Shown: positions 20,570 to 30,107, numbered from the stretch's first letter. The stretch is 64,000 nucleotides of DNA from Candidatus Nanoarchaeia archaeon (GCA_030700155.1 JAUYJU010000027.1:75484-139483), one strand, 5' to 3'. The notes: generated by a model from the sequence alone, not told the origin. Translations and numbers: made by a program.

Positions 20570-20851
20570 ATGGTAAAAGAAGTTCGTGCATCACATATAT
20601 TAATAAAAACAGAAGAAAAAGCCAAAGAAATCTTAGGGAGATTAAGATTAGGCGAAAGTTTTGAAAAATTAGCAATTGAAAATTCTTTATGTCCATCAAA
20701 AAAACGCGGTGGAGACCTTGGTTGGTTTGGGAGACAGAAAATGGTAAGGGAATTTGAAATAGCAGCTTTTAATTTAAAGAAAGGTGAAATCTCTCAACCA
20801 ATAAAAACTCAATTCGGCTGGCACATAATTAAGTTGGTAGACTCAAAATGA
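20570..20851 (+). CDS. ppiC: Parvulin-type peptidyl-prolyl cis-trans isomerase
   Basis: VRASHILIK..SLCPSKKRGGDLGWF..MVREFE..TQFGWHII. Confidence 0.92.
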   Translation: MVKEVRASHILIKTEEKAKEILGRLRLGESFEKLAIENSLCPSKKRGGDLGWFGRQKMVREFEIAAFNLKKGEISQPIKTQFGWHIIKLVDSK

Positions 20852-22017
20852 AAACCTGGGTAGATAAATACAAACCTGAAACATTAAAAGATATAGAAGG
20901 CCATAACCTTTCTCTGGCTAAATTAAAAGAAATTATTAGTACGAAAGGGATAGCTTTAGTCCACGGACTAACCGGAACTGGAAAAACTTCTTCAATTTAT
21001 GCTTTAGCTAAAGATCTTAATCTAGAAGTTATGGAACTAAATGCCTCAGATATAAGAAACAAAAGTAGCATAGAAAGTATAGTTGGAAATGCATTAGGTC
21101 AAATGAGCTTATTTTCAAGGGGGAAACTAATTTTATTAGACGAAATAGATGGTTTAAGCGGACAGCAAGATAGAGGAGGCGCCACTACTTTAGCCAAACT
21201 TCTTTCAGATAACCAATTTCCAATAATAATGACTGCAAATGATCCTTGGGATGCTAAACTAGCCCCAATAAGAAAAAAATCAGAAGTAATTGAGTTCAAA
21301 ACTCCATCTCATATAACCGTTTTCAATGTTCTTAAAAAAGTTTGTAAAGGAGAGGGAATAATTTTTGAAGAAACAATACTTAAGGATTTAGCAAGAAGGG
21401 CAGGCGGTGATATCCGTGGGGCAATAAATGATTTACAATCACTGACTTCAAATAAAGAACTAAATAAAGAACATTTAGAAAAGTTAGATGACAGAAAAAA
21501 AGAAGAATCCATATTCAATGCATTAAGATTAATCTTTAAAGCAAATAACACCTCAGACGTCTTAGGTGCTTTAGACACAACGGGATTAGATTTTGATGAA
21601 GCAATGTTATGGATAGATGAAAATCTTCCTTTAGAATATTCCGGAGAGGACTTGGCAGAAGCTTATGATAAGTTATCTTTAGCAGACGTCTATAAAGGAA
21701 GAATAAGAAGAAGAATGTACTGGAGATTATTAGTTTACAGAATAAATTTCATGACAGCGGGAGTCAACGCAGCTAAAGAAGTTAAAGAAAAAGGCTTCGT
21801 TAACTATAAAAGAACTTCAAGAATACTAAAACTTTGGCAAGCTAATATGAAATATGCTAAAAGAAAAGCAATAGCACAAAAACTAGCTAAAGACTTCAAT
21901 GTCTCAACTAAAAGAATGGTAAAAGAAGTTATTCCTTATCTAAAGATTATGTATCAAAACGGACAAGATTTAGAATTAAACTTAGAACCAGAAGAAGTTG
22001 AGTGGTTAAGGGCTTAG
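20848..22017 (+). CDS. rfcL: Replication factor C large subunit
   Basis: WVDKYKP, GTGKTS, ELNASD, LDEIDG, GDIRGAINDLQ, WIDENL, ADVYKGR. Confidence 0.93.
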   Translation: MKTWVDKYKPETLKDIEGHNLSLAKLKEIISTKGIALVHGLTGTGKTSSIYALAKDLNLEVMELNASDIRNKSSIESIVGNALGQMSLFSRGKLILLDEIDGLSGQQDRGGATTLAKLLSDNQFPIIMTANDPWDAKLAPIRKKSEVIEFKTPSHITVFNVLKKVCKGEGIIFEETILKDLARRAGGDIRGAINDLQSLTSNKELNKEHLEKLDDRKKEESIFNALRLIFKANNTSDVLGALDTTGLDFDEAMLWIDENLPLEYSGEDLAEAYDKLSLADVYKGRIRRRMYWRLLVYRINFMTAGVNAAKEVKEKGFVNYKRTSRILKLWQANMKYAKRKAIAQKLAKDFNVSTKRMVKEVIPYLKIMYQNGQDLELNLEPEEVEWLRA

Positions 22018-22227
22018 TTATCTTATTTCTATGCCAAAGAATGTTTTTGAAAAAAGATTATTCATTGCAAAAAGTATGGAAATAACACTAAGGTGAACAA
22101 GGTTACTCTGTGTAAATAAGCCAAAGGTTTGTAATACTGTTGTTAATTCATTAAAGATAAAGATAACAACTATCAAAAAAGTCATACTTCCAACAGTGAA
22201 GCTAAGGAGGCGTTCCATCTCAATCAC
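22018..22227 (-). CDS. Small two-TM hypothetical protein
   Basis: Hydrophobic 69-aa ORF; GTG start overlaps the stop of the upstream micro-ORF. Confidence 0.5.
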   Translation of the reverse strand: MIEMERLLSFTVGSMTFLIVVIFIFNELTTVLQTFGLFTQSNLVHLSVISILFAMNNLFSKTFFGIEIR

Positions 22228-22331
22228 ATAATATTAAATATCTTTAAGATTAAATAAAGTATCAAAAGCCATATAATCAACCTAGTCCAATTATCCGCAT
22301 TAATCCAAGGGTTTATTTTTTTTCTATCCAT
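22224..22331 (-). CDS. 35-aa single-TM micro-protein (not in ORF track)
   Basis: Manual translation MDRKKINPWINADNWTRLIIWLLILYLILKIFNIM*; similar to the upstream 42-aa ORF. Confidence 0.5.
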   Translation of the reverse strand: MDRKKINPWINADNWTRLIIWLLILYLILKIFNIM

Positions 22332-22339
22332 ATTAGCAA

Positions 22340-22468
22340 TCAACCAATTAATCTAAATACTTTCATTAATATAAATATCATAAATAAATTAATAATCAAT
22401 CTGATCCACTTTTCAGTATTAGTTAGCTCAACCCTTTCAACTTTTAAATAAACCATATACACAATCAT
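22340..22468 (-). CDS. 42-aa single-TM micro-protein (not in ORF track)
   Basis: AAGGAG SD then MIVYMVYLKVERVELTNTEKWIRLIINLFMIFILMKVFRLIG*. Confidence 0.55.
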   Translation of the reverse strand: MIVYMVYLKVERVELTNTEKWIRLIINLFMIFILMKVFRLIG

Positions 22469-22520
22469 CAAAACTCCTTAATAAGTCTTTCCACAAATAT
22501 TCCGGAAATCTTTCGAATAA

Positions 22521-23363
22521 TTAGATAATTTTAATCTTGTTTATTTCTTGTAACCTTTTATTAGCATCTATGGAAGAAGAGAATAATTTCCAAAAGATTC
22601 TAGATAGCCATTGCGTCCAATCTTTATTATAAATAGTATAAAAAATAAACAAAGTTTGTTCTAATTCGCGTTGTTTTCCAGTTGGTTCTTGTATTTGTTT
22701 TATTCTAAAAGCATCGCTGTCTGTAATAATTGCTCTAATGGGGTGTTCACAATGTCTAATCTCAATTAACTCTTTTCCATGTTTATAATTCAAAGACAAC
22801 AATTTTTCAATATTATCTTTTCCAATTATATCCACGCGGCATAATATCTTAATGGGAATATTTTTCTTAATTAATTTTTCAAATATTTCCATCATGTCAA
22901 CATCCCCATTTTTTAAATTAGTAAATGACAAATTACCTGAAAAAATAAGCATTTGTTTTTGTGTAGCAAGCATAAAATCAGAAAGTTCCCTCAAGTTTGT
23001 TAAATTTGGTTCGCCTCTTTTTTCAGCAGTAACTTTTTTGTCGGGATCTAAAACATGTTGATAAATATCAAAAGCTGCAAAATCGTCTTTAGTTTTTCCG
23101 CTTAGTATTTCCTTTTCCAACTTTTCCTGGAAAACAGAACTGCTAGCCTTCTCAACACTAGCCCAATAAACAATCTTCAACGCACCTCTAGTTCCACCCC
23201 TAAAAACTCTTGTAGAAATAGTTCCAAAGTTTTTCTCTATTTCCTCAATATACCTATCTGCAGTTCTCCAATTCTTATCAATATGCCTGGCTATCTCCTG
23301 AACGCTTCTAGGTTGAGAATAGACAAACTCCTCTATTCTTTTAATAATCCCTGAGTCTAACAT
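22521..23363 (-). CDS. Putative transcription regulator: N-terminal HTH plus TrmB/PLD-like C-terminal domain
   Basis: PRSVQEIARHIDKNWRTADRYIEEI HTH; C-terminal MLIFSGNLSF..IKILCR..RAIITD resembles a TrmB effector/PLD-like fold. Confidence 0.6.
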   Translation of the reverse strand: MLDSGIIKRIEEFVYSQPRSVQEIARHIDKNWRTADRYIEEIEKNFGTISTRVFRGGTRGALKIVYWASVEKASSSVFQEKLEKEILSGKTKDDFAAFDIYQHVLDPDKKVTAEKRGEPNLTNLRELSDFMLATQKQMLIFSGNLSFTNLKNGDVDMMEIFEKLIKKNIPIKILCRVDIIGKDNIEKLLSLNYKHGKELIEIRHCEHPIRAIITDSDAFRIKQIQEPTGKQRELEQTLFIFYTIYNKDWTQWLSRIFWKLFSSSIDANKRLQEINKIKII

Positions 23364-23470
23364 ACTTAGGCTATATTTCTCAAATATTTAATCTTTTTGA
23401 TAGGTACAACACCATTGACAAAAAAGTGTAAGAAATAATCATATAGTTTACAACACCCTAAGGTTATGGG

Positions 23471-24298
23471 GTGGTTTTTATGACCGAAACAGAACTTGAA
23501 ACTGATTACTTCAACGAAGCTATTGCTTCTCAATCTAAAAGGTTAATATACGATGAAAAAGGAACAAGGGCAATTCTTGAAAAGAAACTGTCGCAGCCAC
23601 TTTTACCTTACGAAAGAACACAGGTAAATGAGTTTGCTACAAAGTATGCTTGCACATGGTTTGTCAAAGAACTAGCCAAAAAATACAAAATAATCTCCAA
23701 TGACATCTACCGCTTAAAAAGAGGAATAATCCATAATGAAGAAACAATTACTGTGCCTTCAATTTGGAACATTAATGTGCGAAAAATGCAAGATAGCATA
23801 AAAACAATGGACTTTGAAGTAGAAGATAAATATCGTGGAAGGAAAAATATTTACAAAGTTAGTGCTGAAATACCTGAATTCACAGATGAAGCAAAAAATG
23901 CTTACATCGAAGCCTTAACTTTAAGCTCTAAGTTATATACCCGAGCTTTAAAGGATCCACTTTTAAGCAGCATACTTCTTAGTGACGTTGACGAGAAAAT
24001 TCCTCTGCCACATAAAGATGTAAACTATTTTATGATATGGTCTCCAGATAAACTAGAAACAATATTGCACCAACAAATTTTACCAAAGCCTTTACCAAAG
24101 CCAGTAGATCCTGCATTAATCTTAGAGTATGGAGGAAAAGATAAGGCCATTGGCGCAACAAGTTTTATTGTACATAAATGGGAATCTGCAAACGAACTTT
24201 CAATTGACGCTTTGCTTAAAGAATTCAGCATTAGTAAACCAAGTGATCTAGAAAGCGTAGTTGATGAAGAAAAGTTTGAAGACGAAGTTCCATTTTGA
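23471..24298 (+). CDS. Hypothetical protein, possibly virus-derived, with acidic ...EDEVPF tail
   Basis: 275-aa ORF with GGGGTG SD; PKPVDPALILEY..FIVHKW segment. Confidence 0.55.
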   Translation: MVFMTETELETDYFNEAIASQSKRLIYDEKGTRAILEKKLSQPLLPYERTQVNEFATKYACTWFVKELAKKYKIISNDIYRLKRGIIHNEETITVPSIWNINVRKMQDSIKTMDFEVEDKYRGRKNIYKVSAEIPEFTDEAKNAYIEALTLSSKLYTRALKDPLLSSILLSDVDEKIPLPHKDVNYFMIWSPDKLETILHQQILPKPLPKPVDPALILEYGGKDKAIGATSFIVHKWESANELSIDALLKEFSISKPSDLESVVDEEKFEDEVPF

Positions 24299-24368
24299 AC
24301 TTCTTTTTTTATTTTTATATGACTAAAGAAGAGAAAAATAATAGAACGGGCGATAGTAGATGTAACTA

Positions 24369-25214
24369 TTAGAACTTCATACTCTCTAATCTTTCAACTC
24401 TTTTATTCAAAGGAGGATGAGTACTAAATAAACTAACCATAGCACCAGCAGTAAAAGGATTCACAATATATAAGGAAGCAATTGCCCTATTTCCTTTTTT
24501 CATAGGTCTTAATTTAACTCCATTATGCAATTTCTTCAAAGCATTTGACAAAGAATGTGGATCTTTCAAGATTTTAGCTCCAGTTGAATCTGCTAAATAT
24601 TCTCTAGATCTTGAAATAGCTAATTGTATCAAAATAGCAGCAATTGGAGCAAGTATACTTAATAATAAAAGTGAAACTAAATTTGATCTTCCATTGTCAT
24701 CTCTTCCACCACCAAATATTGCAGCCCATCTTGCCATGTGCGCTAGATAAACAATAACTCCGGCAATTGATGCAGCAATAGTTCCAACCAAAACATCTCT
24801 ATTCTTAGCATGAGAAATCTCATGTGCTAATACTCCTTCTAACTCTTTCTCGCTTAACAACTGCATTATTCCTTGTGTTACAGCAACAACATAATGTTTA
24901 GGTCCACGACCAGTACAAAATGCATTCGGAGTCATTGAAGGAACTAAAGCAACTTTCAAAGGTAAAGGCATATTAGCTTTTTTACAAATGTTCTCAATCA
25001 TTTTATGCAATTTTGGAGCATCTTTTTTACTTAATTCTTTAGCCCCACTCATTGCTAAAACAATTTTATCTGAAAAAAAGTATTGAATGAAATTAAATCC
25101 AAAACCAAAAATCAATGCTATTGTCAACCCACTTCTTCCAAAGAAAGAACCAACTAACAAAAACAACCCCATTAACACTCCCAAAAGCAATGTAGTCTTA
25201 ATTTGATTCCACAT
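24369..25214 (-). CDS. htpX: HtpX-like M48 membrane zinc metalloprotease (likely start ATG 25214, not 25253)
   Basis: PNAFCTG, HEISH (HExxH), SRSREYLAD, FSTHPP..RVERL. Confidence 0.93.
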   Translation of the reverse strand: MWNQIKTTLLLGVLMGLFLLVGSFFGRSGLTIALIFGFGFNFIQYFFSDKIVLAMSGAKELSKKDAPKLHKMIENICKKANMPLPLKVALVPSMTPNAFCTGRGPKHYVVAVTQGIMQLLSEKELEGVLAHEISHAKNRDVLVGTIAASIAGVIVYLAHMARWAAIFGGGRDDNGRSNLVSLLLLSILAPIAAILIQLAISRSREYLADSTGAKILKDPHSLSNALKKLHNGVKLRPMKKGNRAIASLYIVNPFTAGAMVSLFSTHPPLNKRVERLESMKF

Positions 25215-25260
25215 ACCTAACAGAAAGCCATATATATTTAAAAAGGTTTTCATAGTAATA

Positions 25261-26580
25261 ATGGCATACGATATAGTTATAGGTAGAACAAAAGAAGAGG
25301 TTGAAAAGTATGGTACAAAAGGTACTGTTTTCGTAGGAAAAACTTATGTAAAAGTAGGACCTTATACCTCTCTATCGAATAATCTACATTTAGATATGTC
25401 TAATCCTCACGTAATGATGATATGTGGTAAGAGGGGATCTGGCAAATCATATTCTGCATCAGTTATCGCAGAAGAAATGGCAAGACTACCTCAAGAAATT
25501 AAGAAAAATCTTTCAGTTTTGTTCTTTGATACTTTAGGAGTTTTCTGGACTATGAAAAAACCAAATACGAGACAACAAGATTTACTTTTAGAATGGGGAT
25601 TAAAACCAGAAGGAATGGAAATTGATATTTACACTCCAAAGGGGCATTTTCAAAATTATAAGGAGGCAGGAATTCCAACAGATTATTCATTCACAATAAA
25701 AACCTCCGAGTTAACCCCTTCAGATTGGTCTTCAGTTTTTGGAGTTAAACTAAATGAACCTTTAGGAATCTTAATTGAAAGGGCAATTGGTGAATTAATG
25801 GAAAAGTCAGACGAATTTTCAATCAAAGATATAATAAACTTCATTGAAAATGATACAAAATCAAAACCAGAAGATAAAAATGCAGCAATAAACAGATTTT
25901 TAGCAGCAGACAAATGGGGATTATTCGAAGCGCATGGAACTCCAATTAATGAATTAATAAAACCTGGAAAAGTTACAGTTCTTGATATTAGTGCTTATAC
26001 AGAATCTTCAGGTTCATGGAGTATAAAGGGTTTAGTAATTGGATTAATCTCTAGAAAATTACTAATAGAAAGAATATCTCAAAGAAAAAAAGAAGAATTA
26101 GAATCCATGGAAAAACTTGGAAAAATGTTTTTGGAACAAAAAGATCTTGAAAGTCCAATGGTTTGGATAATGTTAGATGAAGCACATGAATTTTTACCTA
26201 AAGAAGGAGAAACTCCAGCATCATCAGCCTTAGTTCAATTACTAAGAGAAGGTCGTCAGCCAGGAATTTCAATGGTCCTAGTTACTCAACAACCTGGAGA
26301 AATACATAAAGACGTTTTAACGCAATCAGATGTAATTCTTTCACATAGGTTAACAGCAAAAGCGGATATTGACGCATTAAATCAGATGATGCAGTCTTAT
26401 TTACTAGCAGACATAAATACTTACCTTAATGAACTGCCAAGATTACCTGGTTCAGCAATAATTTTAGATGATAAGGCTGAAAGGATTTATCCTATGAGAA
26501 TACATCCAAAAAGAAGTTGGCATGGTGGAGAAGCTCCTTCAGCACTAAGGGAAGGCAAAAAGCCAGAATTAAAGTTATAA
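25261..26580 (+). CDS. HerA/FtsK-superfamily ATPase (DUF87-type)
   Basis: GKRGSGKS Walker A, LDEAHEF Walker B, REGRQPG, VTQQPG. Confidence 0.85.
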   Translation: MAYDIVIGRTKEEVEKYGTKGTVFVGKTYVKVGPYTSLSNNLHLDMSNPHVMMICGKRGSGKSYSASVIAEEMARLPQEIKKNLSVLFFDTLGVFWTMKKPNTRQQDLLLEWGLKPEGMEIDIYTPKGHFQNYKEAGIPTDYSFTIKTSELTPSDWSSVFGVKLNEPLGILIERAIGELMEKSDEFSIKDIINFIENDTKSKPEDKNAAINRFLAADKWGLFEAHGTPINELIKPGKVTVLDISAYTESSGSWSIKGLVIGLISRKLLIERISQRKKEELESMEKLGKMFLEQKDLESPMVWIMLDEAHEFLPKEGETPASSALVQLLREGRQPGISMVLVTQQPGEIHKDVLTQSDVILSHRLTAKADIDALNQMMQSYLLADINTYLNELPRLPGSAIILDDKAERIYPMRIHPKRSWHGGEAPSALREGKKPELKL

Positions 26581-26587
26581 TAGTAGT

Positions 26588-26610
26588 AGAGTTAATCTTA
26601 TAACTCTTTA
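26588..26610 (+). terminator. Inverted repeat AGAGTTA/TAACTCT followed by a T run: terminator or operator
   Basis: 7-bp stem at 26588-26607 just after the ATPase stop; also overlaps a TATA-like CTTATAA for the next gene. Confidence 0.3.
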
Positions 26611-26626
26611 ATTAAAAAATAAAATC

Positions 26627-27013
26627 ATGAGTTTATTAGAAGATTATGTGGATTTACCTGGAGAAGCTAAGGAGATTATGGAACCGATTAGAGAAATAGT
26701 TCTAAAAAGAGGTTTAAGATTCATAATTACAGACCTACCTAAAAGACCATTCGCAACAATACATGCAGACATTGTTGGAGATTTGGATCCAAGTCAATTT
26801 GAAATTATGGCGGAAGATTTCAGATTAAAGGCAAACCTTTTTAGTAAAACAAAACATTATGATTCTAGAATAATTATTTATGCTAGTTATGTTTTGACAA
26901 AAAATAGAACAGTTATTGAACTTGCTTACTCTCCCAAAGCAAGAAGTCATGTTGATTTAGACCAGTATATTAAAACTGGAGAAATAACTAATAGAAAACT
27001 TTTAGAATTTTAA
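26627..27013 (+). CDS. Hypothetical protein
   Basis: 128-aa ORF; no recognised motif. Confidence 0.55.
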   Translation: MSLLEDYVDLPGEAKEIMEPIREIVLKRGLRFIITDLPKRPFATIHADIVGDLDPSQFEIMAEDFRLKANLFSKTKHYDSRIIIYASYVLTKNRTVIELAYSPKARSHVDLDQYIKTGEITNRKLLEF

Positions 27014-27787
27014 GTCCAAACAAACTCTATAAACTCTAGGTGCATAAGCTCCACATTTAAACAATCTCTTAACATTATATTTTTTCTTCAATTTAGTAAA
27101 ATCGTCTTCATGTGAAAAAGTGTAAAAATGTATAACTCCGCCTTTTTTCAAATATTTTTTAGCTAAATTCAAATATTTATGTGCAAATTTTGGGTAAGCC
27201 ATAATAATCCTATCAAATTTCTCTTTAAGTTTAGGTAGGGTAGTTGTAACATTGCCTTTAATCAGATGAACATTCCTAGCCTTATTCATGCAAACGTTTT
27301 CCAAGCCATATTTATGCGCACTGGGATTGATTTCAACGCCATAAATCTCTTTAGCTTTTGAATTTCTAGAAATAACTAAAGGGTAAACACTGATGCCTGA
27401 AAACATAACAAGAATTTTTTCATTTTTCTTTACTAGTCTAGATATCCTCAGTCTTTCTTCAGATAATCTTGGAGAAAAATAACATTTCTCAACATCTAAT
27501 TTCATTCTAACTCCGCTCTCAACATGAACTGTTTCCTTTCTTTTCTCCCCACCGATAATCTTAAGCTTCTGAGTCCTGTATCTTCCAGTATGGATTCCAG
27601 ATTTTTTGGCAACAACCTTGACATTATTTACATTTTTTAGTATAGCATCAGCAATCAGCTTGTCTTTCCCTTTCAAATTCCTAATCTCAACGATAGCAAT
27701 GTCTCCAATAACATCAAAAGAACTAGGTAATTTATCAAAATCTTTCTTGCTTAGCTTTCCTTTTAATTTTTCTTTTAACAAACTCAT
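27002..27787 (-). CDS. trm5: Trm5/Tyw2 (Met-10+) family SAM-dependent tRNA methyltransferase
   Basis: SFDVIGDIAI, HVESG..KLDVEKCYFSPRL..ER, MFSGI, GVEINP. Confidence 0.85.
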   Translation of the reverse strand: MSLLKEKLKGKLSKKDFDKLPSSFDVIGDIAIVEIRNLKGKDKLIADAILKNVNNVKVVAKKSGIHTGRYRTQKLKIIGGEKRKETVHVESGVRMKLDVEKCYFSPRLSEERLRISRLVKKNEKILVMFSGISVYPLVISRNSKAKEIYGVEINPSAHKYGLENVCMNKARNVHLIKGNVTTTLPKLKEKFDRIIMAYPKFAHKYLNLAKKYLKKGGVIHFYTFSHEDDFTKLKKKYNVKRLFKCGAYAPRVYRVCLDLKF

Positions 27788-28308
27788 TTTTTAGTGAATT
27801 CCTCTACAAATTTGTTTATTTCTTTGGTACCATTTAAATGAATGGTTATTTTATTATGTTTCTTAATATAAGAATCATGCAACTTACGAGGCCTATACCC
27901 CCAAGTATCTTTTTTAGAACTAACTGAATATTGATAATTGTGTTTTAACATCCTAAAATAATCCCTCCAATTCTCATTAAAATTGCCCTTTCTTTTAAAT
28001 CTCCTACTAATCACACGATAAACTGAAATTAAAAATGGAATCTCTAAACAAATCACAAGATGACTCCTTTTTATTCCAGACTCCACCCACTTTGAATAAA
28101 CACCTTCAATAATCCATTTTTTCTTCTTGGTTAAATTTTTAAGTAATTTTTCACATTCTTCATACGATCTGATTACAGTATATTTTCTAGCATAAAAGAT
28201 ATCATCAAGGTCATAATAAGGTATTTTTAATTTTTTAGATAGCTTTTTAGCAAGGGTGGATTTTCCTGAACCCATGGTACCTATAATATAAATTCGATCT
28301 TTTTTCAT
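27784..28308 (-). CDS. P-loop kinase, adenylate-kinase-like / FlaR topology-modulation family
   Basis: IYIIGTMGSGKSTLA, DLDDIF, WIIEGVY. Confidence 0.75.
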   Translation of the reverse strand: MKKDRIYIIGTMGSGKSTLAKKLSKKLKIPYYDLDDIFYARKYTVIRSYEECEKLLKNLTKKKKWIIEGVYSKWVESGIKRSHLVICLEIPFLISVYRVISRRFKRKGNFNENWRDYFRMLKHNYQYSVSSKKDTWGYRPRKLHDSYIKKHNKITIHLNGTKEINKFVEEFTKK

Positions 28309-29333
28309 TTAAACCAGCTATCCAATTTACTATTTCCTTTTGCAGCTTTAACATTTATCAATTTAGACAATGAACTCTCAACCCTTTCATCAGAAAAGTT
28401 ATGCCTCTCAACTAAAATTTCTTTAATTTTATCAATATCTACATTGCCCCAACTTAAATTATATTTTTTTTCAACAGGCATTTGTTTAAACAAAGAATAA
28501 ATCTCTTTCCAATTAAAATCAGCATTCAAATCATTAAATATCTTCTCAAAATCCTTGGCATTTTTAGCTATTTTAACCAGTTTTAAAGCCTTTTTAGGAC
28601 CAATTCCTTTAATACCTCCAGGATTATAATCAGTTCCAACTAAAATACCTAAAACAATTAACTGATCTTGATTTATCTCTAAATTTTTTAGTAATTCAGT
28701 TAATTCAACAAGTTCTGGGCTTATTCCCATGGTTTTTCCAGAAGCCAATTTCTTTCTTTGTGAGATCGTTAGATTGGTTATAGTCCTAGGACAACCATGA
28801 AGCATAGGATCTGCATCAGAAGTTGCAGCAGCCCATATATCTCCTTTAGCACACATAAAAGATAATTGAGCATCAGCTTCAGACGGTGCTTGTATTCCAG
28901 GTAATCCTAATGCAGCAATCAATTCTTTAGCTTCTTCAACCATTTTGGAAGTCAATCTCATAGACTGTTTAGAATATTTCATCATAGCCATTATATCTTC
29001 CTCTTCTTCAGCTTCTCTTAATTTCTCTTCAGCGCTTAATTTTCTCTCTTCACGTTCAGCAGTAGTTCCAAACTTCAAAGCAGGAGGTTTTCCATCAAAC
29101 ACATAACAAATTTTAACTCCTCTTGCCATCAGATTAGTAGTCCTAGAAAACAATCCAACTAAATGAGAAGTAATATTTCCATGATTATCAGTCAAAGGAG
29201 TACCATCAGCTTGCCTTATTGAAGCTAAAAATTGATAAGCGGCATTAGAAAAGTCTACTCCAATCTTCTTTCCACTTAAATCATCAAACTCAATTTTCTT
29301 TTTTGGAAGTAATTCACTAAGCTTTATGCCCAT
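28305..29333 (-). CDS. fen: Flap endonuclease 1
   Basis: YQFLASIRQ, VFDG..PALK, APSEADAQ, SDAD, LVGTDYN.GGIKGIGPKKAL; C-terminal PIP box NSKLDSWF. Confidence 0.97.
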   Translation of the reverse strand: MGIKLSELLPKKKIEFDDLSGKKIGVDFSNAAYQFLASIRQADGTPLTDNHGNITSHLVGLFSRTTNLMARGVKICYVFDGKPPALKFGTTAEREERKLSAEEKLREAEEEEDIMAMMKYSKQSMRLTSKMVEEAKELIAALGLPGIQAPSEADAQLSFMCAKGDIWAAATSDADPMLHGCPRTITNLTISQRKKLASGKTMGISPELVELTELLKNLEINQDQLIVLGILVGTDYNPGGIKGIGPKKALKLVKIAKNAKDFEKIFNDLNADFNWKEIYSLFKQMPVEKKYNLSWGNVDIDKIKEILVERHNFSDERVESSLSKLINVKAAKGNSKLDSWFK

Positions 29334-29409
29334 GCAAACATGGTTGATTCAACAGTTTAAATAATTTACCACAATCTTTATATTGAAGTTAAATTGTAAA
29401 AAATTAAAG

Positions 29410-30072
29410 ATGGTGATACAGCAAATTTCTTTAGATCATCCAGGAGGATTTTATCACTATAGGGTCCATAACCTTAAGGCCAATCAATTATGCAATGGTG
29501 TTTCTCCTTTTAAACCCCTTAAAAATTATTTGGAAAATATGTTTAGTGCATGTCCAAATAACCTGTTTGGTAATGGACCAAGAAGTTCTGCTTTAAAGTT
29601 TCCTTTAGAAGATGTTAATGTAATAGAGATAATAGGTCATGAAATTTCAGAGCTAGCTAGAATAGGTTTAGAAGCAAACAAAGAACGTTATAAGACAGCT
29701 CATTCTCAAGTCCAGGTTTTCATGCTTGAAAATGATAAGAATACAATAGCCATGGAAGTTCCTATCTGGTTAAATCATTTAGAAATGGAAAACTATCAGC
29801 AAATTTTTGATACTAAAAATTCTTTGACTGGTCATATAGATGTTTTAAGAATTGAAGGAGATAAAGTTTGGGTGTGGGATTACAAGCCTAAAGCAAATAA
29901 AGAAAAATACGCTTCAACTCAGGTTTATTTCTATGCATTAATGTTAAGTAAAAGAACTGGCATCCCTTTAGAGCATTTCAGATGCGGTTATTTTGATGAT
30001 ACCTATGCCTACATGTTTAAACCAAGGGTTAACAAATGGAATGGAGCTTCTAAACTAAGTTCTTTCTTTTAA
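29410..30072 (+). CDS. PD-(D/E)XK nuclease-family protein (likely start ATG 29410)
   Basis: LTGHIDVL..VWDYKP..QVYFYALML (RecB-like motifs II-IV); TATA CTTTATAT about 25 nt upstream. Confidence 0.75.
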   Translation: MVIQQISLDHPGGFYHYRVHNLKANQLCNGVSPFKPLKNYLENMFSACPNNLFGNGPRSSALKFPLEDVNVIEIIGHEISELARIGLEANKERYKTAHSQVQVFMLENDKNTIAMEVPIWLNHLEMENYQQIFDTKNSLTGHIDVLRIEGDKVWVWDYKPKANKEKYASTQVYFYALMLSKRTGIPLEHFRCGYFDDTYAYMFKPRVNKWNGASKLSSFF

Positions 30073-30107
30073 TAATCTTTATAAAGCCTCTTTCTCTAAG
30101 TCAATTT

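Noticed and set aside
29383-30072. Cas4 call for the PD-(D/E)XK protein
   Set aside because: It lacks the 1+3 Cys Fe-S cluster motif and has no CRISPR context.
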